From Candidatus Calditenuaceae archaeon JGI OTU-1 (GTDB taxonomy: Archaea > Thermoproteota > Nitrososphaeria_A > Caldarchaeales > Calditenuaceae): 29,480 nt of DNA. Position 1 is the first letter of the stretch. Every line of letters begins with the position of its first letter. Made by a program: the position numbers and the translations under genes. Below the pieces are notes generated by a model. It saw only the letters and a program-made list of their open reading frames with translations. It did not search any database and was not told the DNA's origin. Shown in pieces: positions 8,182-15,511 of the stretch. The stretch covers positions 2,011-31,490 of the forward strand of contig AWOE01000011.1 of assembly GCA_000494145.1 (NCBI GenBank), given 5' to 3'.

Positions 8182-9564
8182 TCACCTTCCGAGGCGCAGC
8201 GGCTCCACCGCCTCCGGTGGGGAGGCCCCGAGCCGATCCCAGAGCCTCTCCACGGTCCTCAAAATCCTCCTCTCGGCCTCCTCTACGTCCAGCGTGAGGA
8301 GCATCCCGTCCTCGACGATCTGCCTGCCGCCGACGATCACGTGCCTCACGTCGGCCCCTCCCATGCCGTTGACGATGTACGCGTAAGGGTCACCGGTGGT
8401 CGGGGTGGCCATCAACCTCGGCCTCAGGACCACTACGTCGGCCAGCTTCCCCGGAGCGATCGAGCCGTAGTCCTTCATGCCGTAGGCCCTTGCCGCCTTG
8501 ACCGTCACCATCTCGAGGACCTGCTTCGGGCTCAGGACGGTGGGGTTCCTCCTGCTGACCCTGTGGATCAGGAACGCCGACCTCACGTTCTCGAACATGT
8601 CGAAGACGTAGCCGTCGTTGCCGAGGCAGACGTTGACGCCAGCACCAAGCATCTCCGGGACCGGAGCTACGCCCACAGCGTTCAGCATGTTGCTCATGGG
8701 GTTGTGGGCGACGCTGGCCCCGTGCCTCGCAACGATCGCTATCTCCTTGTCGTTGAGGTGGACGCAGTGGGCGAGGACAGCCCTCCTGCTCAGCGCTCCG
8801 ACCTCCTCCAACCTCTCAACCGTCCTCTTCCCGTACCGCTCGATGTTGTGGTATACGTCGTTAGGCCCCTCGGAGACGTGGATCGTTATCGGGCACCCGA
8901 ACCTCTCGGAGATCTCGACGCCCTTCCTGACGATCTCGTCGGTCACCGTGAAGGAGGCGTGGACGCTGACCATTCCGTAGGCGTTGCCCTGCTGGCTCCT
9001 CAGGTACCTCTCGTTCTCCCTGAGGCCCCTCTCGCCCTCCTCCCGGGACCTCCTCTCGGTCGCCTCGAAGGCTATGAACCCGCGGATCCCGACCTCGTTC
9101 ACGGCCCTCGCTATCGCGTCGAGGGACCCTTCGATGCCGTTAGGAGCTGAGTAGGTGTCGGCGAAGCAGGTGGTGCCGGTGAGGGCCATCTCGATGCATG
9201 CGGCGAGGGCTGTGGCGTAGGCGTCTTCGTTCGTGAGCTTCTCGTCGAGGGGCCACCAGACGCGCTGGAGGATCTGCAGGAAGTCGCTCGGAGGCCTGAT
9301 GTTCAGCAAAGCCCCCCTCAAAGCTATCCCGTAGAGGTGCGTGTGGCCGCAGAACAGACCGGGCAGGACGAACCCTCCCCTCGCGTCTATCACCCTGTCC
9401 GGCTTCCCCTCCCTTTCCACCTCACCGGCCCTCCCCACCTTGGCGATCCGATCTCCCTCGATCAGAACGGCACCGTCCCTGATGATGCCGAGAGCGTCGT
9501 CCATCGTCACCACTGTTCCGCCTTTGACGAGGACCCTCTCCTCTGCCAGCCCCGACCACCTCAC
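8182..9564 (-). CDS. ssnA: SsnA-like amidohydrolase (chlorohydrolase / aminohydrolase family)
   Basis: LPGLFCGHTHLYG provides HxH. The block DFLQILQRVWWPLDEKLTNED aligns, as I recall it, with E. coli SsnA DFISTLKNLWWRLDRALDEES. IHVSEG, HCVHL, SNM and GNDG motifs follow. The GTG start at 9564 overlaps the TGA of the upstream LLM gene (GTGA). Confidence 0.8.
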   Translation of the reverse strand: MRWSGLAEERVLVKGGTVVTMDDALGIIRDGAVLIEGDRIAKVGRAGEVEREGKPDRVIDARGGFVLPGLFCGHTHLYGIALRGALLNIRPPSDFLQILQRVWWPLDEKLTNEDAYATALAACIEMALTGTTCFADTYSAPNGIEGSLDAIARAVNEVGIRGFIAFEATERRSREEGERGLRENERYLRSQQGNAYGMVSVHASFTVTDEIVRKGVEISERFGCPITIHVSEGPNDVYHNIERYGKRTVERLEEVGALSRRAVLAHCVHLNDKEIAIVARHGASVAHNPMSNMLNAVGVAPVPEMLGAGVNVCLGNDGYVFDMFENVRSAFLIHRVSRRNPTVLSPKQVLEMVTVKAARAYGMKDYGSIAPGKLADVVVLRPRLMATPTTGDPYAYIVNGMGGADVRHVIVGGRQIVEDGMLLTLDVEEAERRILRTVERLWDRLGASPPEAVEPLRLGR

Positions 9565-10568
9565 ACGGAGCTGAGGGCCTTTATCGCGTACTCGAGGTCG
9601 CCGCTGAGCAAAAGGATCAGGGGCGCTGTGCAGCCGTGCTTCATGTACTCCATGATCTTCGCCTTGACCTCCGTCGGCGTGCCCGACGCTGTGATCATCC
9701 TGACCACGTCGTCAGGGACGATCTCCATCGCCCTCTCGATCCCTCCGGGCTTCGCGGGCCATCCTCCCATCGCCTTCTGGACCTCCTCGATCAGGTCCTC
9801 GCTGACGCCGCTCGCCTTCATGATGTGCGGCTGCTGGCCGAGGGTCATCGTCACGTGCTTCTTCGCCAGCTTTATCGCCTTCTCCCCGTCCTCGTCGATC
9901 GAGCACGCGATCAGCTGCGGCCTGTCGACGTCCTCGAGCCTCCTCCCTGCCCTCCTGGCTCCCTTCTCGATGTGCTCGAGGGCCTTGTCGTTGTAGGCCG
10001 GCGATACGAGGTAGTTCAGCAGCACCCCGTCAGCTATCTCGCCCGCCAGCTCCATCATCTTGAAGCCTGTGGCGCCTATGTAGATGGGGATGTTCCTCGG
10101 GACCTGACCCTTCCCGTGGAGGACGTCGAGCCTGATGCCCCTGGCCTTCACGAACTTCCCCTCGAAGTTGACCTCCTCCATCCTGAGGAGCCTCCTGATC
10201 ACCTCCACGTACTCCCTCATGCACTGCAGCGGCTCCTTCCTCTCTATGCCCACCTTCCACGCCAGCGGGTCCCACCACGCTCCCAGCCCCAGCATCACCC
10301 TGTTGTCGGCCAGCTCGTCGAGCGTGGCGAAGGTCTGGGCGATCAGCGCCGCGTTCCTCGTCCATGTGTTGATGACCCCGGCCCCGACCTTGATCCTCTC
10401 GGTGACCGTCGCAATCGCGGTCATGGGGACGATCGCGTCCCTCGAGAGCCTCGACTCGGCGACCCAGGCGGACTCGAAACCGTGACGCTCCGCCAGCTGA
10501 GCGTACCTCACCATGTCCCTCACGTGCATGTCCTGAAGGTAGAGACCGAGCCTGGGGATCGACGTCAC
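9561..10568 (-). CDS. Luciferase-like (LLM) flavin/F420-dependent oxidoreductase, Mer-like
   Basis: IPIYIGATGFKMMELAGEIADGVLLN and CSIDEDGEKA align with the methylene-H4MPT reductase (Mer) pattern IPIYMGAQGP..AGE.SDG.L.N / CSIDED as I recall it. I chose GTG 10568 because an A/T box (reverse TTATTTT, 10591-10598) lies about 27 nt upstream. ATG 10601 is an alternative. The ORF-track start 10709 would run into the divergent gene. Confidence 0.85.
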   Translation of the reverse strand: MTSIPRLGLYLQDMHVRDMVRYAQLAERHGFESAWVAESRLSRDAIVPMTAIATVTERIKVGAGVINTWTRNAALIAQTFATLDELADNRVMLGLGAWWDPLAWKVGIERKEPLQCMREYVEVIRRLLRMEEVNFEGKFVKARGIRLDVLHGKGQVPRNIPIYIGATGFKMMELAGEIADGVLLNYLVSPAYNDKALEHIEKGARRAGRRLEDVDRPQLIACSIDEDGEKAIKLAKKHVTMTLGQQPHIMKASGVSEDLIEEVQKAMGGWPAKPGGIERAMEIVPDDVVRMITASGTPTEVKAKIMEYMKHGCTAPLILLLSGDLEYAIKALSSV

Positions 10569-10673
10569 ATGATATAGTGCGAGTCGTAACAAAATAAGCA
10601 TGATCCGGAACTGGTTCAGGGGTTGCCGATGGGTCCGGAAACGATTTATCCCCCCGAAGGATCGATTTGCCGA

Positions 10674-10904
10674 ATGCCGATTCAAGCCTACGTCCTGATC
10701 AGGACCCATCCGGGGAAGGCGAGGAACGTTGCCGAAGCGATAGCCAAGATCGCAGGATGCAGATCGGTCTGCGCGGTGACAGGGAGGTACGACGTGATCG
10801 CCCTCCTCGAGGCAGAGGACCTAAAGGGTCTCGGAGACCTGATACTCCAGAAGGTCCACACGATCGACGGCGTCGAGAGGACCGAGACGGCCGTCGTGGT
10901 CTGA
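10674..10904 (+). CDS. Stand-alone Lrp/AsnC ligand-binding (RAM) domain protein, no HTH
   Basis: MPIQAYVLIRTHPGKARNVAEAIAKIAGCRSVCAVTGRYDVIALLEAEDLKGLGDLILQKVHTIDGVERTETAVVV has the beta-alpha-beta-beta-alpha-beta RAM pattern. At 76 aa it has no room for a DNA-binding domain. It is divergent from the LLM-SsnA-ThrC operon. Confidence 0.75.
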   Translation: MPIQAYVLIRTHPGKARNVAEAIAKIAGCRSVCAVTGRYDVIALLEAEDLKGLGDLILQKVHTIDGVERTETAVVV

Positions 10905-10972
10905 GCAGGAATCAGAAACCAACCAGTGCGATCCATTTTTATTAGTTGCGGATTGAAACAAAATCAGTGGGC

Positions 10973-12514
10973 ATGGAACCTCCCCGAAGACCGCTCATAT
11001 CGATGAGGGGGATAACCAAGAGGTTCCCGGGCGGGGTGATCGCGAACGATCACGTCGACTTCGACCTGTATCCGGGGGAGGTCCACGCGCTTCTCGGAGA
11101 GAACGGAGCGGGTAAGACGACGCTGATGAACATACTGTACGGGCTGTACACCAAGGACGAGGGGGAGGTCTACGTCGACGGGAAAAGGGTCGAGATCAGG
11201 TCTCCGAAGGACGCGATCAGGCTCGGGATAGGCATGGTCCACCAGCAGTTCAAGCTCATCCCGCGCCACACGGTCCTCGAGAACGTCGTCCTCGGCCTGA
11301 GGGAGGCCGGCTTCGTCCTCAACTACAGGAGCCTCAGGGAGATGCTCGTCTCGACCATCAGGGAGTACGGCTGGAACCTCGACCCGGACGCGTACGTATG
11401 GCAGCTGACGGCCTCCCAGAAGCAGCAGGTCGAGATCCTGAAGCTCCTCGTGAGGAAGGCGCGGGTGCTGATACTGGACGAGCCGACGTCTATCCTGACG
11501 CCGCAGGAGACTACGCAGCTCTTCGAGAGCATCCGGTCGATGGCCGCGCAGGGAATGGGGGTCGTCCTGGTCACGCACAAGCTCGAGGAGGTGATGCGGG
11601 TCTGCGACAGGGTGACGGTGATGAGAAGAGGAAGGGTCGTTGCGGTGAGGAGGAGGGAGGAGCTGAACGCGGAGGAGCTGGTGACGCTGATGGTAGGCCG
11701 GAGCATAGACCAGACGTACCGCGTCACCGTTCGACCACGGGATGAGAGGGTCCTCGAGGTGAGGAACCTGAGGGTCCTCGACGACAGGGGGGCCGTGGCG
11801 GTCAAGGACGTGAGCTTCCACGTCATGAAGGGAGAGGTCTTCGGGATTGCGGGGGTCTCCGGGAACGGGCAGGACGAGCTCCTCGAGGCAATTTACGGCC
11901 TCAGGAAGGCGGTCTCTGGCAAAGTCTATCTCAACGGAAGGGACGTCACGAACCTCCCGACGTGGGAGCTGGTGAAGCAGGGTGTGGCGATGATCGTGCC
12001 AGAGGCGGTGAAGGGGGTCGGTCTCGGCCTCACGGTCGCCGAGAACCTCCTGCTGAAGTGCTACCGTTACGAGCCCTTCTCGAGGTGGGGCATCCTGAAG
12101 AGGAAGCTGATGGAGGAGTCGGCGAAGGAGCTGGTCGAGCAGCTCAAGATCGTCACGAGGTCCGTCACCGCCAGGGCCTCCACCCTCTCCGGCGGGAACC
12201 TCCAACGCCTCATCATCGCTCGGGAGCTCTTCGCGAACCCTAGCCGTCGGCTCCCGGTCCTGCTGCTCGCATCGCACCCCACTAAAGGCCTCGACGTGGC
12301 CGCCACCGACTACGTGAGGAGGCTGATACTCGGCGTGAGGGACTCGGGCGCTGGGGTCATCCTCCTCTCGGACGACCTCGAGGAGCTGATAGCGCTCAGC
12401 GACAGGATAGGCGTGATGTACAAGGGCGAACTGCTCGCGGTGCTGGAGAAGGAGCGGGCGGAGATCGAGACGATAGGCATGCTGATGATGGGCGTAAGGC
12501 CTGGCGGCCCCTAG
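10973..12514 (+). CDS. ABC transporter ATP-binding protein with duplicated ATPase domains (CUT2 family, nucleoside/Bmp-type motifs)
   Basis: Walker A is GENGAGKTT, GIGMVHQQFKL is typical of NupO/RnsA-like ATPases, and Walker B is LILDEPT. The second half carries GVSGNGQ, LSGGNLQR and LLSDDLEE. I use ATG 10973 (MEPPRRPLISMRGITKRFPG) rather than the TTG at 10946. An A/T box lies at 10933-10941. Confidence 0.9.
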   Translation: MEPPRRPLISMRGITKRFPGGVIANDHVDFDLYPGEVHALLGENGAGKTTLMNILYGLYTKDEGEVYVDGKRVEIRSPKDAIRLGIGMVHQQFKLIPRHTVLENVVLGLREAGFVLNYRSLREMLVSTIREYGWNLDPDAYVWQLTASQKQQVEILKLLVRKARVLILDEPTSILTPQETTQLFESIRSMAAQGMGVVLVTHKLEEVMRVCDRVTVMRRGRVVAVRRREELNAEELVTLMVGRSIDQTYRVTVRPRDERVLEVRNLRVLDDRGAVAVKDVSFHVMKGEVFGIAGVSGNGQDELLEAIYGLRKAVSGKVYLNGRDVTNLPTWELVKQGVAMIVPEAVKGVGLGLTVAENLLLKCYRYEPFSRWGILKRKLMEESAKELVEQLKIVTRSVTARASTLSGGNLQRLIIARELFANPSRRLPVLLLASHPTKGLDVAATDYVRRLILGVRDSGAGVILLSDDLEELIALSDRIGVMYKGELLAVLEKERAEIETIGMLMMGVRPGGP

Positions 12515-13563
12515 CCCATCGTCATCACCATCACGGCCTTCTGGACGTGGAGCCTGTTCTCGGCCTGCTCGAAGTAGAGCGAGTACCTCGGGTTGTCGAT
12601 GACGTCGTCGGTGACCTCCTGCCCCCTGTCAGCGGGACCGCAGTGCATGTACTTCCCGTTGTTGGTCAGGTCCATCAGCTCCTGCGTGCATATCCAGTGC
12701 TTGAACTTGTTCTGGTACTCGACCGCTCCCTCCTTGTCGACCTTGCTGTTGTACGGTGGGAAGAAGCCCTTGGGCGACCAGGCCTTCGGGTAGACGAAGT
12801 CCGCGCCCTCGAAGGCCTCCTTCATGTCGTGAACGATCTCGAAGCTTCCCCCGTACCTGTCGGCGTTCTCTCTGGCCGCCCTTATCACGTGGTCCTCGAG
12901 CTCGAAGCCCGGCGGGTGGGCGAGGACGACGTCCATCCCGAACATCGTCCCGATCAGGACGCACGACTGCGGCACCGCGAGGGGCTTCAGCCCTCCGGAG
13001 TAGGCGTAGGAGACGACGAACTTCTTCCCCTTTGGGTTAGGGGTCACATCGGTTATCGCCATGATGTCGGCCAGCGCCTGGAACGGATGGTAGATGTCGT
13101 CCTCCATGTTCAGGACCGGGACCGTGCTCCACCTGGCGAACTCCTGGATCACCCTGTGGCCGCGGCCGATGTGCCACTTGGCCGCGTCACCGTAGATCCT
13201 GATGGCGATCGCGTCGCCGTACCTGCTCAGGACCCTCGCGACGTCCGCAATCGACTCGGTCTGGTATGGTATCATGTCCTCCGGCAAGGTCGGCGTGTAG
13301 ACGTCCTGAGGGCTGAGGAAGTGGGCGTGGCCGCCTAGCTGGAAGATCCCCGCCTCGAAGGAGTTCCTCGTCCTTAGGCTTCTATTGTAGAAGAGCATGA
13401 AGAGCGTCTTGCCCTGCAGGTACGGCGTCGGGATCCTCGCCCTGAACTTGCTCCTGAGGTCCCTCGCGGCCTCCAGGACCTGCTCGATCTCCTCCCGTGT
13501 GAAGTCGTTTGTGTTCAGGAAATGCCTGCCCCTCAGGAGCCCCGCGTATTTGGGGAGATCCAT
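12511..13563 (-). CDS. ygeW: YgeW-type (knotted) carbamoyltransferase
   Basis: SLRTR is the carbamoyl-phosphate motif and HPFQALAD is present. The long block KGKKFVVSYAYSGGLKPLAVPQSCVLIGTMFGMDVVLAHPPGFEL...GGSFEIVHDMKEAFEGADFVYPKAWSP parallels E. coli YgeW as I recall it (KGKKIAMTWAYSPSYGKPLSVPQG...FGMDVTLAHPEGYDL...GGSFRQVTSMEEAFKDADIVYPKSWAP). MHCGPA matches MHCLPA. An A/T box at 13589-13598 lies about 31 nt upstream of ATG 13563. Confidence 0.85.
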   Translation of the reverse strand: MDLPKYAGLLRGRHFLNTNDFTREEIEQVLEAARDLRSKFRARIPTPYLQGKTLFMLFYNRSLRTRNSFEAGIFQLGGHAHFLSPQDVYTPTLPEDMIPYQTESIADVARVLSRYGDAIAIRIYGDAAKWHIGRGHRVIQEFARWSTVPVLNMEDDIYHPFQALADIMAITDVTPNPKGKKFVVSYAYSGGLKPLAVPQSCVLIGTMFGMDVVLAHPPGFELEDHVIRAARENADRYGGSFEIVHDMKEAFEGADFVYPKAWSPKGFFPPYNSKVDKEGAVEYQNKFKHWICTQELMDLTNNGKYMHCGPADRGQEVTDDVIDNPRYSLYFEQAENRLHVQKAVMVMTMG

Positions 13564-13679
13564 TTCGCCAACTCGTCCCTGGCCCGAGTTAAAAATTGTA
13601 TCCGGTCAGGGAGCACGGAGATGGAGTGAAGGGGAACCGACGATAAGGATTATCACCGGCCGGGTGATGGTCACTGCGG

Positions 13680-14099
13680 ATGTTCAGGAGACGTAGGTCG
13701 ATCCTCGACCTGATGAGGGAGTTGGAACAGGAGATGGAGCGGGAGATCGAGTACTTCCTGATGGAGCTGAAGCACGACGAGCTCGCAGGCCAGTGCCTCC
13801 AGCCGTTGTACGACGTGAGGGAGACCGACGAGGAGATCGTGGTGACGATAGACCTCCCAGGAGCGAGGAAGGAGGACATCGACCTAAGGCTGTCGGAGGA
13901 CTACCTCTCGCTCTACGCTCCCATCAGCTACGGCGTGAGGGTGAGCAGGAGCTACACGCGGGGTGCGACCTGCTACAGGCTCCACCTTGATCTGCCGGAG
14001 CCTGTCGACGTCGACTCGGCATCCAGCACGTACAGGAACGGCGTCCTTGAGGTGAGGGTGAAGAAAAGGCGTTCGGGTTACAGGATACCTGTCAAGTGA
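13680..14099 (+). CDS. Small heat-shock protein, Hsp20/alpha-crystallin family
   Basis: The alpha-crystallin domain pattern is present: PLYDVRETDEEIVVTIDLPGARKEDIDLRL ... YRLHLDLPEPVDVDSASSTYRNGVLEVRVKK. Confidence 0.9.
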   Translation: MFRRRRSILDLMRELEQEMEREIEYFLMELKHDELAGQCLQPLYDVRETDEEIVVTIDLPGARKEDIDLRLSEDYLSLYAPISYGVRVSRSYTRGATCYRLHLDLPEPVDVDSASSTYRNGVLEVRVKKRRSGYRIPVK

Positions 14100-14724
14100 T
14101 TTGCCTTGACCAGAGCTTCCTGAGGAGGCTCAGCGCTGCCCCCAGCGCCCCGGACTCGGCCCTCATGCAGTAGGATGCGCCGGCGATGATGATGCAGTCG
14201 TTCTCGACGGGCCTTATGGACGAGGTGATCCTCTCGGAGATGTGAGGGTAACGGGACGTGATGTCCTCCAGCTCAGGCATCAGGATCCTGCCGGACCTGT
14301 AGACCAGGACCATCGCAGCCTCGGCGCCGTGCCTCACCGCCTCGTCCCTCTCCTCGAGCCCGCGTCCCACGATCCGCGCCCCCTCCCTTACGGAGAGTCC
14401 TACGCTGCACGCGTGGTTCCAGACGTCGGTGAGGTCCAGCCCGACGGGCCCGGTGACGTGCTCGGAGAAGGCCGAGACCAACTCCTGACCTGAGTTCGTG
14501 AGCCTGCAACCGGACCTGATGACCTCGACGAGCCCCATGAGGGTGAGCCTCCGGACGAGCGACCTCACCGCTCCCTCCCCTATGCCGAGCTCCTCGCTGA
14601 GCTGCGCCCTGCTGACGATCCCGTCCCTTCTGATCAAGAGGAGAGCACGGACGGCCTCGATCGCGCCGTAGCTCGGCTTCGCGCCCTTCCTCGGCTGGTA
14701 CCGGTCATCGGAGATCAGCGACAT
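14092..14724 (-). CDS. Winged-helix DNA-binding protein with an uncharacterised C-terminal domain (possibly the archaeal DUF4443-type family)
   Basis: IVSRAQLSEELGIGEGAVRSLVRRLTLMGLVEV is a clear HTH plus wing. I chose ATG 14724 (MSLISDD) because the ORF-track TTG start (14763) lies inside an A/T box (reverse ATTTTTATAG, 14751-14760) about 31 nt upstream of 14724. It overlaps the hsp20 3' end by 8 nt, convergently. Confidence 0.55.
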   Translation of the reverse strand: MSLISDDRYQPRKGAKPSYGAIEAVRALLLIRRDGIVSRAQLSEELGIGEGAVRSLVRRLTLMGLVEVIRSGCRLTNSGQELVSAFSEHVTGPVGLDLTDVWNHACSVGLSVREGARIVGRGLEERDEAVRHGAEAAMVLVYRSGRILMPELEDITSRYPHISERITSSIRPVENDCIIIAGASYCMRAESGALGAALSLLRKLWSRQIT

Positions 14725-14820
14725 CAGGATCGCCGGCAGGGTCATCCCTGCTATAAAAATCAAGTTGGAGTGGCATAAGTATAGCGATTAGCTGTCTGCC
14801 GAACCTCCAATGACGTTGGT

Positions 14821-15354
14821 TTAAAGCAGGTTCAGGATCGGTTCTATGGGTGTCCTAAGGCTGTAGATGGCGGGGCAGCGCTCCTTCGCCTCCTCGACCA
14901 ACTTCTCGATCTCACTCCTGTCGATATCGGCCTCGATTCGCAGGTCGAACCTGACGTTCCTCACGATGGGGTGATCGGCAAGGCCGAGGGGCTTCCTGAA
15001 GTCGAGCTCGCAGGAGGCCGTCAAGTCGGCCCTGCTGAGCCTGATCCCCTTCTCCGACGCCACGCCGACCAGCGTAGCCAGAAAGCAGGAAGCCATGCCC
15101 ACGAGGCAGTAGTGCATCGGCCCGGGCCTGTTCCCTCCGCCTCCCATGAAGCCCGGCGAGTCGACCTCGAGGTTGAAGGCGCCCTTCTCGGTTTTACAGG
15201 TAGCGACGAACTGGTACTCGACGGGACCGCAGCTCCTGTCCTCAGTCATCCAGTACCCCTCGATCTGGACTGTCCTGATCGCCTTGCTCGGGTCAGACTT
15301 GATCTCCTCGACGGTCCTGCTGACCTTCTCGAGGTCGACGTTGTTGAGCTTCAC
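14821..15354 (-). CDS. OsmC/Ohr family peroxiredoxin-like protein
   Basis: GGGNRPGPMHYCLVGMASCFLATL carries the first conserved Cys and ERCPAIYSL the second. The size of 177 aa fits. GTG start at 15354. Confidence 0.85.
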   Translation of the reverse strand: MKLNNVDLEKVSRTVEEIKSDPSKAIRTVQIEGYWMTEDRSCGPVEYQFVATCKTEKGAFNLEVDSPGFMGGGGNRPGPMHYCLVGMASCFLATLVGVASEKGIRLSRADLTASCELDFRKPLGLADHPIVRNVRFDLRIEADIDRSEIEKLVEEAKERCPAIYSLRTPIEPILNLL

Positions 15355-15474
15355 GCCCCGGAGAGCTTCGCAGCGGATATTATACGTAGTCTTGCGAAAC
15401 GCTCTTGGAACTGAATGAGTTTGGCCGTGGACGCAGAACCGGTGTACGGAACGATGCTTTGCCCGTCATATATA

Positions 15475-15494
15475 AGCAGTCTATTTATACTGCT
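15475..15494 (+). promoter_or_regulatory. Islet promoter: TATA-like CTATTTAT framed by a 6-bp inverted repeat AGCAGT/ACTGCT; a second A/T box CATATATAAG lies at 15467-15476
   Basis: Read directly. The TATA-like centre (about 15485) is 27 nt upstream of GTG 15512. GGGAG at 15501-15505 lies 6 nt upstream of that GTG. Confidence 0.4.
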
Positions 15495-15511
15495 GATTAA
15501 GGGAGTAGTTA

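Noticed and set aside
10964-12277. 437-aa minus-strand ORF antisense to the ABC ATPase gene
   Set aside because: This is a shadow ORF. It is extremely R/P/D/H/L-rich with no motifs, while the opposite strand has unambiguous Walker/ABC motifs.
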